Shown here: positions 25,487 to 37,539 of the stretch, piece by piece
How positions within the stretch are numbered: position 1 is the first letter of the stretch
Layout of the letters: every line of letters begins with the position of its first letter
From: Anaeramoeba ignava BMAN
Taxonomy: Eukaryota; Protista; Anaeramoebae
Direction of reading: 5' to 3'
DNA: 64,000 bases
NCBI GenBank assembly: GCA_028826165.1
Contig: JAPDFW010000026.1
Coordinates: 5,761 to 69,760, forward strand
Translations under genes and position numbers: made by a program
Notes under the pieces: generated by a model
What the model saw: the letters and a program-made list of their open reading frames with translations, nothing else
The model's database searches: none
What the model was told of the DNA's origin: nothing

Positions 25487-28386
25487 TTACCATTTATCAA
25501 CTTTCATTGTTCCATTTTTCTCTAAATATTCTTGCATTTTAAAGACTTTAGAAAGAATCTGAGGTTCATGCGCAGCTTTTTGTTTCAAACAGTGTTGATA
25601 AGCAGTATTGAAGTAATCAGTCAAAATAGGTTTATAATCCGGATGGGCGCATTTATTGATGATTTCCATAGCTCTTTGTCTTGGAGCGAGACCTCTAAGA
25701 TCAGCGAGACCTTGTTCAGTAACAATAACGTCCAAATCATGTTCAGTATGGTCAATATGGGGAGCTTTAGGGACAATGCAAGTGATACCAGTTGGGTCTG
25801 TTTTAGTGGGTCTAACTGACGGACAATGCATCATTGAGATGTAGCAATTTCTCAAGAAATCATTTGATCCGCCCAAACCGTTGATCATTCTTGTTCCGCC
25901 AATAAGCGTTGAATTGGCATGTCCATAGATGTCAACTTCGACAGGTGTATTCATGCCAATCACTCCCATTCTTCTTATCATTTCTGCGTTGTTTGTGATC
26001 TGTTGTGGTCGCAAACAGATCTTTTGTTTGTATTCTTCCCAGTTCTTATAAAGTCGTTCAAATCCTTCCGTTGATAATGTCAATGCAGTTGCGGTTGCAA
26101 AGTCCAATTTTCCAGTATCGAAGAAGTCCAGCATTGTGTCTTGCAAAACTTCTGTCCAAACCTTAACGTTTCTGAATTGTCCTTTTGCCAATCCTGCTAC
26201 AACTGCGTTCGCAATGTTTCCTACTCCGGATTGTAATGGTAATAAATCGGGTGGTGCTCTTCCCGCGTGAACTTCGTTTTCTAGAAAGTCAAGTATGTTT
26301 TGTGCTATTTTTTCTGAGACTTCATCTGGTGGTGATAATGGTCTTCCGTTATCTGGTTTGGTTGATTCAACTATTGCTACTATTTTTTCTGTGTCTACTG
26401 GAACGTATAATTTTCCAATTCGATCGTCTACTCTAGAAATTAAATATGGTCTTCTGTTTGGTGGAACTTCATCAGGTGGAATATCATGAAGTCCAAGATA
26501 TGAAGGCATAGAAGTATTGAGTTCTAAAATGAGTTTCTATTAAAATTTTTATAAAAATTAATTTTTATAAATGAATTTTATAAATGAATTTTAATTTTAT
26601 AAATGAATTTTAATTTTATAAATGAATTTTAATTTTAATTTTATTTTTATTTTTATAAATGAATTTTATTTTTATTTTTATAAATGAATTTTATTTTAAT
26701 TTTAATATTATAAATGAATTTTAATTTTAATTTTATAAATGAATTTTAATTTATTATTCTTCTTACTTCAGAAATATCGCAAACTTCAGGAACTGCTCCA
26801 ACTGATCCAGCTAAAACTAATCCTCCATCAGGAAGAATTTCTGTAACTTCAATTATTCCTAAATCAAGTTTTCCTTTTCTTTCCTTTGTGAAAAATCCAA
26901 ATTTTAAATTTGAAGCATAATTGCATAAATGAATATCTCCCATTTGAATTTTGCCTGTATTAATTCCATTTGCAATATTCTTTCCTGTTTGATATGGCCA
27001 TCTTCTGTTGATCATACCAAGTTTTGCCCATCTATCTTCTGTTTCAGCTCCTACTGATGCTCCAATATACAAATCAAATTTCATCTTCAAAAAAAAAAAA
27101 GAAAAAAAGATTAAATTTTTTATTTTGATTAATTTTGATTAATTTTTTTATTTACTTTTTTTCCAGTTTTTTCAACATAATCTGCAACAGTAACTGGAAC
27201 TACTTTTGGATAACCAACTGGTGTAAATCTTTTTATATAAATAAAATTATAAAAATAATAAATTAATTTATAAATTAAATTATAAATAAAAATATAAATA
27301 AAATTATAAATAAAATTATAAATAAAATTATAAATAAAATTATAAATAAAATTATAAATAAAATTATAAATAAAATATTAAATAAAATTATAAATAAAAT
27401 TATAAATAAAATTATAAATAAAATTATAAATAAAATTATAAATAAAATTATAAATAAAAATATAAATAAAATTATAAATAAAAATATAAATAAAAATATA
27501 AAAAAAAATATAAATAAAATTATAAATAAATAAAATTATAAATAAAATATAAATAAAATTATAAATAAAATTATAAATAAAATTATAAATAAAATAATAA
27601 ATAAAATTATAAATTAAATTATAAATTAAATTATAAATTAAATTATAAATAAAATTATAAATAAAATTATAAAATAAAATTATAAATTAAATTATAAATA
27701 AAATTATAAATTAAATTATAAATAAAATTATATAAAAATAAAATTATAAATAAATTAAAATTATAAATAAATTATAAATAAAATTATAAATAAAATTATA
27801 AATAAAATTATAAATAAAATTATAAATAAAATTATAAATAAAATTATAAATAAAATTATAAATAAAATTATAAATTAAATTATAAATAAAATTATAAATA
27901 AAATTATAAATAAAATTATAAATAAAATTATAAATAAAATTATAAATAAAATTATAAATAAAATTATAAATAAATTATAAATAAAATTATAAATAAAATT
28001 ATAAATAAAATTATAAATAAAATTATAAATAAAATTAAATTATTGTAAAATTATAAATAAAATTATAAATTAAATTATAAATAAAATTATTGTAAAATTA
28101 TTGTAAAATTTAATTCCAAAAATGAGAATTTTGCTAAAAAGATTTAAAAAATAAAATAATTAAAAATAAAATAATTAAAAAAATAATTAAAAAATAAAGA
28201 ATAAAAGGGGGAATAAATTAACAAAGAGAAAATAAAAAAATAAACTCACCCAGACCAGCCAAGTGCTTGTCCATCTTCAAAAAATTTAATAGTATCTTCT
28301 GGTTTGCAAACTTTTGAAAGCAAACTCTTCTTCCCAATTCTTGATGCAATTGAAACAGAAAACTTTCTAGTGATCATAAAACTCAT
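25487..28386 (-). CDS. ACH1: Acetate:succinate CoA-transferase / acetyl-CoA hydrolase (ACH1-like, ASCT subfamily IC), 525 aa, probably organelle-targeted
   Basis: Exons 28386-28250, 27228-27156, 27084-26767, 26536-25487 (1578 nt in frame). Motifs [66 protein letters not shown]. Confidence 0.95.
27235..28095. repeat. 12-mer repeat (AAATAAAATTAT)n in ASCT intron 1
   Basis: Directly visible; intron 27229-28249. Confidence 0.9.
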
Positions 28387-28622
28387 TTCAAGATCAATAA
28401 CTAATAAACCAATTAATTAACTAATGGTTTAAAAAAAAATGAATATCAAATATGAATCATCAAAAAAAATTTTTTTTTTTTATTTTTTTTTTTTTTTTTT
28501 TTTATTTAAAAGGAGAAAAACAATTATTTTTTCTTCTTTTTATTTTTTTTTTCATTTTTTTTTTCTTCTTTTCATTTTTTTTTTCTCCTTTTAATTTAAA
28601 TAATAAATAAATCAATAATAAA

Positions 28623-31600
28623 ATGTTTTATACAAGACATACAACTCGAAATCAATTTACTTTTTCTCAAATTGAACAACTTATAACTAAAAAATCTAAA
28701 ATGGATTATTCAAATAAAAAAATTATTCCAAATCAAGGTTCTGAATCAGGAGATCCATTTCAAGACCTTCCTGATGAACGTAAATAAGCTTTACCACTTA
28801 AATTTATAATTATATTTATAATTAAATTTATAATTAAATTTATAATTAAATTTATAATTAAATTTATAATTAAATTTATAATTAAATTTATAATTAAATT
28901 TATAATTAAATTTATAATTAAATTTATAATTAAATTTATAATTAAATTTATAATTAAATTTATAATTAAATTTATAATTAAATTTATAATTAAATTTATA
29001 ATTATATTTATAATTAAATTTATAACTAAATTTATAATTAAATTTATAATTAAATTTATAATTAAATTTATAATTAAATTTGTAATAAATTTATAATTAA
29101 ATTTATAATTAAATTTATAATTAAATTTATAATTAAATTTATAATTAAATTTATAATTAAATTTATAATTAAATTTATAATTAAATTTATAATTAAATTT
29201 ATAATTAAATTTATAATTAAATTTATAATTAAATTTATAATTAAATTTATAATTAAATTTATAATTAAATTTATAATTAAATTTATAATTAAATTTATAA
29301 TTATAAATTTATAATTAAATTTATAATTATATTTATAATTAAATTTATAATTAAATTTATAATTAAATTTATAATTAAATTTATAATTAAATTTATAATT
29401 AAATTTATAATTAAATTAATAATTAAATTAATAATTAAATTTATAATTAAATTTATAATTAAATTTATAATTAAATTTATAATTAAATTTATAATTAAAT
29501 TTATAATTAAAATTTATAATTAAATTTATAATTAAATTTAATAATTAAATTTATAATTAAATTTATAATTAAATTTATAATTAAATTTATAATTAAATTA
29601 ATAATTAAATTTATAATTAAATTTATAATTAAATTTATAAATATATTTATAATTATATTTATAATTAAATTTATAATTAAATTTATATAATTTTATTTAT
29701 AATTAAATTTATAATTAAATTTATAATTATATTTATAATTAAATTTATAATTATATTTATAATTAAATTTATAATTAAATTTATAATTATATTTATAATT
29801 AAATTTATAATTAAATTTATAATTTTATTTATAATTAAATTTATAATTAAATTTATAATTTTATTTATAATTTTATTTATAATTAAATTTATAATTAAAT
29901 TTATAATTATATTTATAATTAAATTTAAAATTAAATTTATAATTATATTTATAATTAAATTAATAATTAAATTAATAATTAAATTTATAATTAAATTTAT
30001 AATTATTTTCTCTTTGTTCTTTTTGTAATTGTTATTTAGTTATGCTTGAGATATTTTCTTATTTAGAAAAACCTTTTGAACTTGGAATTTGTTGTCCAGT
30101 TAATAATCAATTTGCTAGAATATCTAATGATTATATGTTATGGAAAGAAATATTTAGAAAATATTCAGGATTATTTGATTATAACACTATTAGGCTAGTA
30201 GATTCAACTTATTTTGAAATTATGGGTAGATTTAAAAATAGATTTAAAAATAGATTTAAAAATAGATTTAAAAAATAGTTTAAAAATAGATTTAAAAATA
30301 GATTTAAAAAATAGTTTAAAAATAGATTTAAAAATAGATTTAAAAATATATTTAAAAATAAATTTAAAAATAAATTTATAATTAAATTTAAAAATAGATT
30401 TAAAAATAAATTTAAAAATAGATTTAAAAAATATATTTAAAAATAAATTTAAAAATAAATTTAAAAATAGATTTAAAAATAGATTTAAAAATAGATTTAA
30501 AAATAGATTTAAAAATAAATTTAAAAATAGATTTAGAAATAGATTTAAAAATAAATTTAAAATAAATTTAAAAATAGATTTAAAAATAGATTTAAAAATA
30601 AATTTAAAAATAAATTTAAAAATAAATTTAAAAATAAATTTAAAAATAAAATTTAAAAATAGATTTAAAAATAAATTTAAAAATAAATTTATAATTATAT
30701 TTAAAAATATATTTAAAAATAGATTTAAAAATAAATTTAAAAATAAATTTAAAAATAAATTTAAAAATAAATTTAAAAATAGATTTAAAAATAGATTTAA
30801 AAATAGATTTAAAAATAGATTTAAAAATAGATTTAAAAATAAGATTTAAAAATAAATTTAAAAATAAATTTAAAAATAAATTTAAAAATAGATTTAAAAA
30901 TAGATTTAAAAATAAATTTAAAAATAAATTTAAAAATAAATTTAAAAATAAATTTAAAAATTTAAAATATATTTAAAAATATATTTAAAAATATATTTAA
31001 AAATATATTTAAAAATATATTTAAAAATATATTTAAAAATATATTTAAAAATAGATTTAAAAATAAATTTAAAAATAGATTTAAAAATAGATTTAAAAAT
31101 AAATTTTAAATTAGATTTAAAAATAGATTTAAAAATAAATTTAAAAATAGATTTAAAAATAAATTTAAAAATATATTTAAAAATAAATTTAAAAATAAAT
31201 TTAAAAATAGATTTAAAAATAGATTTAAAAATAGATTTAAAAATAGATTTAAAAATAAATTTAAAAATAAATTTATAATTATATTTAAAAATATATTTAA
31301 AAATAAGATTTAAAAATAAATTTAAAAATATATTTAAAAATAGATTTAGAAATAGATTTAAAAATAGATTTAAAAATAAATTTAAAAATAGATTTAAAAA
31401 TATATTTAAAAATAAATTTAAAAATAGATTTAAAAATATATTTAAAAATAAATTTAAAAATAGATTTAAAAATAAATTTAAAAATATATTTAAAAATAAA
31501 TTTAAAATAAATTTAAAAATAGATTTAAAAATAGATTTAAAAATAGATTTAAAAATAGATTTAAAAATAGATTTAAAAATAAATTTAAAAATAAATTTAA

Positions 31601-32875
31601 AAATATATTTAAAAATAAATTTAAAAATTTAAAAATAAATTTAAAAATAAATTTAAAAATATATTTAAAAATAAATTTAAAAATATATTTAAAAATAAAT
31701 TTAAAAATATATTTAAAAATAGATTTAGAAATAGATTTAAAAATAGATTTAAAAATAAATTTAAAAATATATTTAAAAATAGATTTAAAAATAAATTTAT
31801 AATTAAATTTAAAAATAGATTTAAAAATAGATTTAAAAATTTATTTAAAAATAAATTTAAAAATAAATTTAAAAATTTAGAACCGTTGGGAATTGAAGAA
31901 TATTTCAATCAAAACTCAGAACAAAATCAATCTCTTCAACTCCAAATCGAACAACAACCCAAAAAATTATTTAACGAACAAATAAAAAAATTCCTGAATT
32001 TAAAAAAACAACAAAAAAAAAGACAAAAAGCAAAAGAAAGACAAAAAAAATTGCATAAAACGAAACTATTTCTAACAAGTCCAGGATATGTAACAACAAT
32101 ATTTTGCCTGATATTAATATCAGTAATGTTTGCTTGTTCAAAATTTGAATCATATTTCAACAAGTCATATATTTTTATTGTTTTGCCTGCATTGATTAGC
32201 CTTGCATTTCTTTTAATATTGACAGGATGGTTTGTTGTTTTCCCGTCAACTTCAATAGTTGAAAAAATATATTCAATAACATGCTTTGCTCTTTTTTTTG
32301 ACTTCTTTGCTTCGCTTTTGTTACTGGGTTTAACTGCTGACCACTATTCTGATCTCCAAAATCATTCTTGGATCTTTTTTGTTTGTTTTGCTTTGCTTTT
32401 TTCCCATTTTGTTTTGTGGATCTTTTTGGTGATTTATAACAAGCATGAAATCAAGATTGTTGCTTATAATCAAAATCTTTTCCATCAAATCCATGAATTT
32501 TGGGGATTTTTTTCATTTCCGTTTTTTTTATCAATTGTTTTTTTATTAGTAGCTTTTCAAAAAGCAAAAGTTGCCATGATTTTTTTAATATGTTCAAATA
32601 TTATTCCTTGGATTTTATTTTGCATTTTCCGTTCTCAAGATACTTTTCTTTTTCGCGATCTTCGAAAACTTGAGATTCCTCATTTAGTCATTTCTTTGCT
32701 TGCTTTTGCAACTGAATTGATGATGTATTTTAGATTGTTTCGAAATGTATCGATAAATTGGATTTTGATTTCTCTTCCAATTACAATTCCTTTATTTTTC
32801 TTTTGTATTCTTTTATGTTTCTGCATTTACAAAGAATGTTTGAATCACATGCGTTCAGCATTTTATGATTATTGA
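28623..32875 (+). CDS. F-box protein with ~7 C-terminal transmembrane segments (possibly TMEM185/FAM11-like)
   Basis: Exons 28623-28779, 30040-30225, 31881-32875 splice in frame to give F-box DPFQDLPDELMLEIFSYLEKPFELGICCPVNNQFARISNDYMLWK, then the multi-TM ORF. Confidence 0.85.
28798..30005. repeat. 12-mer repeat (TAAATTTATAAT)n in F-box gene intron 1
   Basis: Directly visible; intron 28780-30039. Confidence 0.95.
30227..31878. repeat. 12-mer repeat (TARATTTAAAAA)n in F-box gene intron 2
   Basis: Directly visible; intron 30226-31880. Confidence 0.95.
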
Positions 32876-33000
32876 ATAATATTTAATTTAATTTAATTTA
32901 TTTTTAATTTATTAATTTGAAATAAAAAACGAAAAAAAATTTTTGTTTTTTTGTTTTTTGTTTTTTTCATTTTTTTCATTTTTCTTTTTTAATTAAGTAA

Positions 33001-35752
33001 ATGTTTGATTTTGATTTTGGAGAAGACCCAATTCTTGATGAAAATTTATCATTATTAATTGAATACACAAAAAAAGAAGATTTAGAAAATTTACAAAAAG
33101 TTTTGACTGAATTTGAATCAACAAAAGAATTAAGTGAACCTTTGAACTTAAACACACCACTTCATTTTGCTTGTGAAACTCAAACAAAAAAATGATTGAA
33201 TTGCTTATTGAAAAAGGAGCTGATGTTAATTTTCTAAATGAGGATGAACAAAATTGTCTTCATATTGCTGCTAAATATTCAAATTCTCCAGAAATCATTG
33301 GTTTTTTATTTTCAAAAGGTGTTAGATATTCAAAAGATCATTTTAAAATGACACCTTTAATTTATTCTTTGTCTCATCATGAACCAAATCTTGAAACAAT
33401 GAAAATTTTATTTGCAAATGGAGCTAAAATTACCGAAACTGTATAAAAAAAATCAAAATATAATTAAAAAATATTTTTTGAATAAAATATTTTTGAATAT
33501 TTGGATTAGAACCCAAAAAAAATCCCATTGTTGTTCGTCATAATAAAAGCAGTCACTGATGAAGCAATATATGATTTCTTAATAGAAAAAGGCGCGGATA
33601 TAAAACAAACTTATAGAGATAGAACATTATTAGATCATGCTATTCTTCTAGATCACAAAATAGAGTTTTTAAAATACTTGATCAAAAAAGGAATTAGTCC
33701 AAAAAGAAAACCCAAAAATACATTGCATTCACTTTTCCACAAAATGGGAACAACAAAATCAACCAGCAAAGAAGTTCTTGATTTGTTCCTTTCGCACGGA
33801 ATTGACCCACTTGCAGACAATGGATCAAATACTTTACTTGCTATTTGCATGAGAAATCAACAAAATATCGAAATTCTCAAGTTGATTTTGTCATATCTTT
33901 CCAAAGAACGAATCCAAGAATACGAAACAAAGAATCCTGAATATTCACTACTTTTTATTGCACTTGAATCACGATCCACTTTTGAAACATTCAAAATATT
34001 AATTGAAGCAGGAACAAACATCAACATAATGACATCAAAAGGAACTCCTTTATTAAATGCAATAGAAAGAGGACTTGATCCTGCAATTCTGAAATTTATG
34101 ATTGAAAATGGAGCGCTTTCGATAAATACGATCGATCAATCCATGCCCAATCAATACTTGCTTAATAGAACACTCCACGATTTGGTTCGATACAAAAGAG
34201 ATCGGGAACTTATTGACATGCTTCTTAAAAAAGGCGCAATCGCAACAACAGATATTATCATCTCATCAATTGAAGACTTTGATGTATTCATTTATTTTTT
34301 GGATTTGTTTCCTGGTAATTTCCCTATTGTCGACCATTTTTGGACAATTTCTAATCATCGCAAGTCTCTTACATTTGAACAAATCAAGATTGTTCTTACT
34401 TATCTAAAGGATATCAATGAAGTCAACAAATACAAGGAAACTTTCCTTCATCGTTTTGTGAGGAGTAAATTATTTAATAAGGAAGCACTTGACTATTTCA
34501 TTTCCAAAGGAGCAAATCTTTTTCATAGAGATGATTCTTTCAAAACTCCTTTTGAACACTACTTGTTTGGAAATTGTTCAATGTATGAAAAAGATACTCA
34601 ATCAATGAAGGAGATTATTCGTATTTTCATCAAGCAAGGAGCTGATGTCAATTTTATAAAACCAGAAAATGGCAATCATATTTTACATTTATTAGTTGCT
34701 TATAATTGCTTTCATATTGAAGTTTGGGAAGAATTACTTCCTTATATTCGTAAAATTCCAAAATATAAAAAATTAAAATTTTAATTAAAATTAAGATTAA
34801 AATTAAAAATAAAATAGAAAGAATTGATCCAATAAATAAGGAGTTTAGAAATCCTGAAGAAGAATTATTTTTTGATCTAAAAACTTATGAATTTGAAGAT
34901 GACTCATATACTCAAATGGGATTTAATTTATTGCATTTCTTAAAACTTTTCAAATCTTATTCAGAAGATTATCTAAATTTCCTTGAAAGACAGGAATTGA
35001 AAGATTTGGAAATTGGATTTGCTTGTGGTTCGAAATTTATGGTTCATCGATTAATTTTAGAAAAAAGAATAGGAAAGCAAAACATTGACAAATTCATTCA
35101 ATTCTCATCACAAAAAACAAAAGAAGAAATGATGCCTTTTTTGAAATGGATTTATTCAGGTCAGTTTGCAGATGAAGAGTTTGAAAAGAAACAACTTGAT
35201 GAATTTAACAAAGCAATTAAAGAACATAAAGAAATTTCTGATTACATAAATGATTTCAGATATGAAAAATTCGATGCAACAAGATTTTTGGTTTACGAAA
35301 AACAAAAAGAGGATTTTAACCACATTTTCAATTTCCTCAAAGAAATTAATGCAGTTGAAACAGAAGAAGAAATGAAGGCAAAATCATTAACATCTGGAGT
35401 AATCAATGATCTTAAGCAATTATATCAAGATGAAGATTCAAAGGATTTTGTGATCGTGACTGAAAAAGAAAGAATTAAGGTTCACAAACTTGTTTTGATG
35501 GCAAGATCTGAATTATTTAGGGGAATGTTTGTTAGTGTGGAAGACAAAACGAATCAAGTTAGTGATTACAGTGGGAAAAGTTCTGAATCAATTAGTCAAC
35601 TTATCAAGTTTTTATATTTTGATAAATTTGATAATGATCTTTCTTTTGAAGTTATTGAGGATTTGAAAGAGTTGAATATCTATTATCAATTAAATCAAAA
35701 TTCAAGTTTTGAAAAACTTCTTCAATTCCAAAAAAATTTCAAAGAAATTTAA
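33001..35752 (+). CDS. Ankyrin-repeat + tandem BTB protein (one apparent frameshift at ~33190)
   Basis: TPLHFAC, GADVN...NCLHIAA and further ANK repeats; introns 33441-33509 and 34750-34817; BTB motifs VHRLIL...WIYSG and VHKLVLMARSELFRGMF. The frame break lies in an A-run at 33186-33192. Confidence 0.85.
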
Positions 35753-35917
35753 ATCAAAAAAAAAAAGCAAATTTATTATTTTTATTTTTAATTTTTATTT
35801 TTATTTTTTTTAAGAAAATCAATAACAAAAAATTAATTTCTTCTTCTTTCAGAAAGTGACAACAAAAAAGAAGGAAAAGACAGCATAGAATAAAAAAGGA
35901 AGTGATTTTTTTCTTTT

Positions 35918-37269
35918 TCATTTTTTTTGATTAAAAGAGGGGTTAATTTGAGTTGAATAAGAAGTATTAAAATTTTCATTTTGCATCATCATTATTATTG
36001 GGTGAGTAGTTGGACTTGCATAAACAGGTTGAGAATGAAAGTAATTAAAAGAAGGATCAAAAAAATAACTTGAAGTTGAATAATTTATTTGTGGATTTTT
36101 TTGTGAATTTTGTTTTGTTTGATTCTCTTTATTTTGTGTTGATAAGTTTAGAAGTGATTGAACTGGCATTTCCATTAATGGTTCTTTTGTTTTTTTGTTT
36201 TTGGGATTTTTTTGTTGAGGTGATTTGGCTATATTTGCTGTTGAATCGGTATTTTCTTGAAATTTTGAAAATGCTTCTGAATATGAAGGTGAATTTAATT
36301 GATTTTTTATATTTTTATTTATATTATTATTTAGATTATTATTTTTTGATTTATATTTAGATTATTATTTAGATTATAAATTATTATTTGAAATTTTATT
36401 ATTTAAATTATTTTGATTTATATTTTGATTTTGATTTTGATTTTGATTTATATTTTGATTTTGATTTTGATTTTGATTTTGATTTTATATTTTGATTTTG
36501 ATTTTGATTTTGATTTTGATTTTGATTTTGATTTTGATTTTGATTTATATTTTGATTTTGATTTTGATTTTGATTTTGATTTTGATTTTGATTTAAATTT
36601 TGATTTTGAATTTTGATTTAAATTTTGATTTTAAATTTTGATTTTGATTTTGATTTTGATTTTGATTTTGATTTTGATTTAAATTTTGATTTTGATTTTG
36701 ATTTTGATTTTGATTTTGATTTTGATTTAAATTTTGATTTTGATTTTGATTTTGATTTAAATTTTGATTTTGATTTTGATTTTGATTTTGATTTTGATTT
36801 TGATTTTGATTTTGATTTTGATTTTGATTTATATTTTGATTTTGATTTATATTTTGATTTTGATTTTGATTTTGATTTTGATTTATATTTTGATTTTGAT
36901 TTTGATTTTGATTTTGATTTTGATTTTGATTTTGAAAAGAATTAAAATAATTTTGTTGATAATTTTGATTAAATTGAGGATTAAAAGGAAAATGAGAAAA
37001 ATTTTGATTTCCAAAAAATTGTTGGTTTTGTTGAAGATAAAGTTGGGGATTTTGTTGGAAAAGCATTTGTTGTTGTTGGTAAAAACGTTGTTGTTGTTGT
37101 TGCATAAATTGTTGTTTTACTTTTTCGTTATTTATTTCTTTTTTTTCTTCTTCATTTTTTGTTTGATTTGTTATTTCATTTTCATTTTTATTTTCATTTT
37201 CATTTTCATTTTCATTTTCATTTTTATTTTTATTATTTCCATTTCGATTTTTGTCATTTTTTTATTCAT
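35918..37269 (-). CDS. Q/N-rich low-complexity protein (broken by indels in A-runs and repeats)
   Basis: ORFs 36593-37105 and 35918-36175 are collinear on one strand; upstream ATG at 37269 needs one extra A in an A-run; long (CAAAAT)n = QN tract. Confidence 0.5.
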
Positions 37270-37539
37270 TTTTTTGAATTATTTTGTTTTAAAAATTTTT
37301 TTTTTATTTTTAATTTTTAATTTTTAATTTTTAAAAAAGAATTAAAATAAATTTAATTGTTTTATAAAATTTTGAGAAAAATGAAAAATAAAAATGAAAA
37401 AAAAAATTAAAAAAAATTTTTTTCTTTATTCTTTTCATTTAAAAAGAGAAAATAAGAAAATTTTTTCTTTTTCAACTTTTTTTAATTAATAATTAGTTAA
37501 AATTTTTATTTTAAAATATTGTAATTAATTTTGCAAGTA

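Noticed and set aside
31621-31908. LFLN-repeat ORF
   Set aside because: Antisense reading of an intronic repeat.
33181-33195. Programmed frameshift in Ank-BTB (and at 48608)
   Set aside because: Single-base differences in A-runs with no evident stimulatory structure; sequencing error or recent mutation is simpler.
36413-37327. Plus-strand ILIL/DFDF ORFs (also 15813, 44591, 52486)
   Set aside because: Shadow frames of QN-type coding repeats on the opposite strand.
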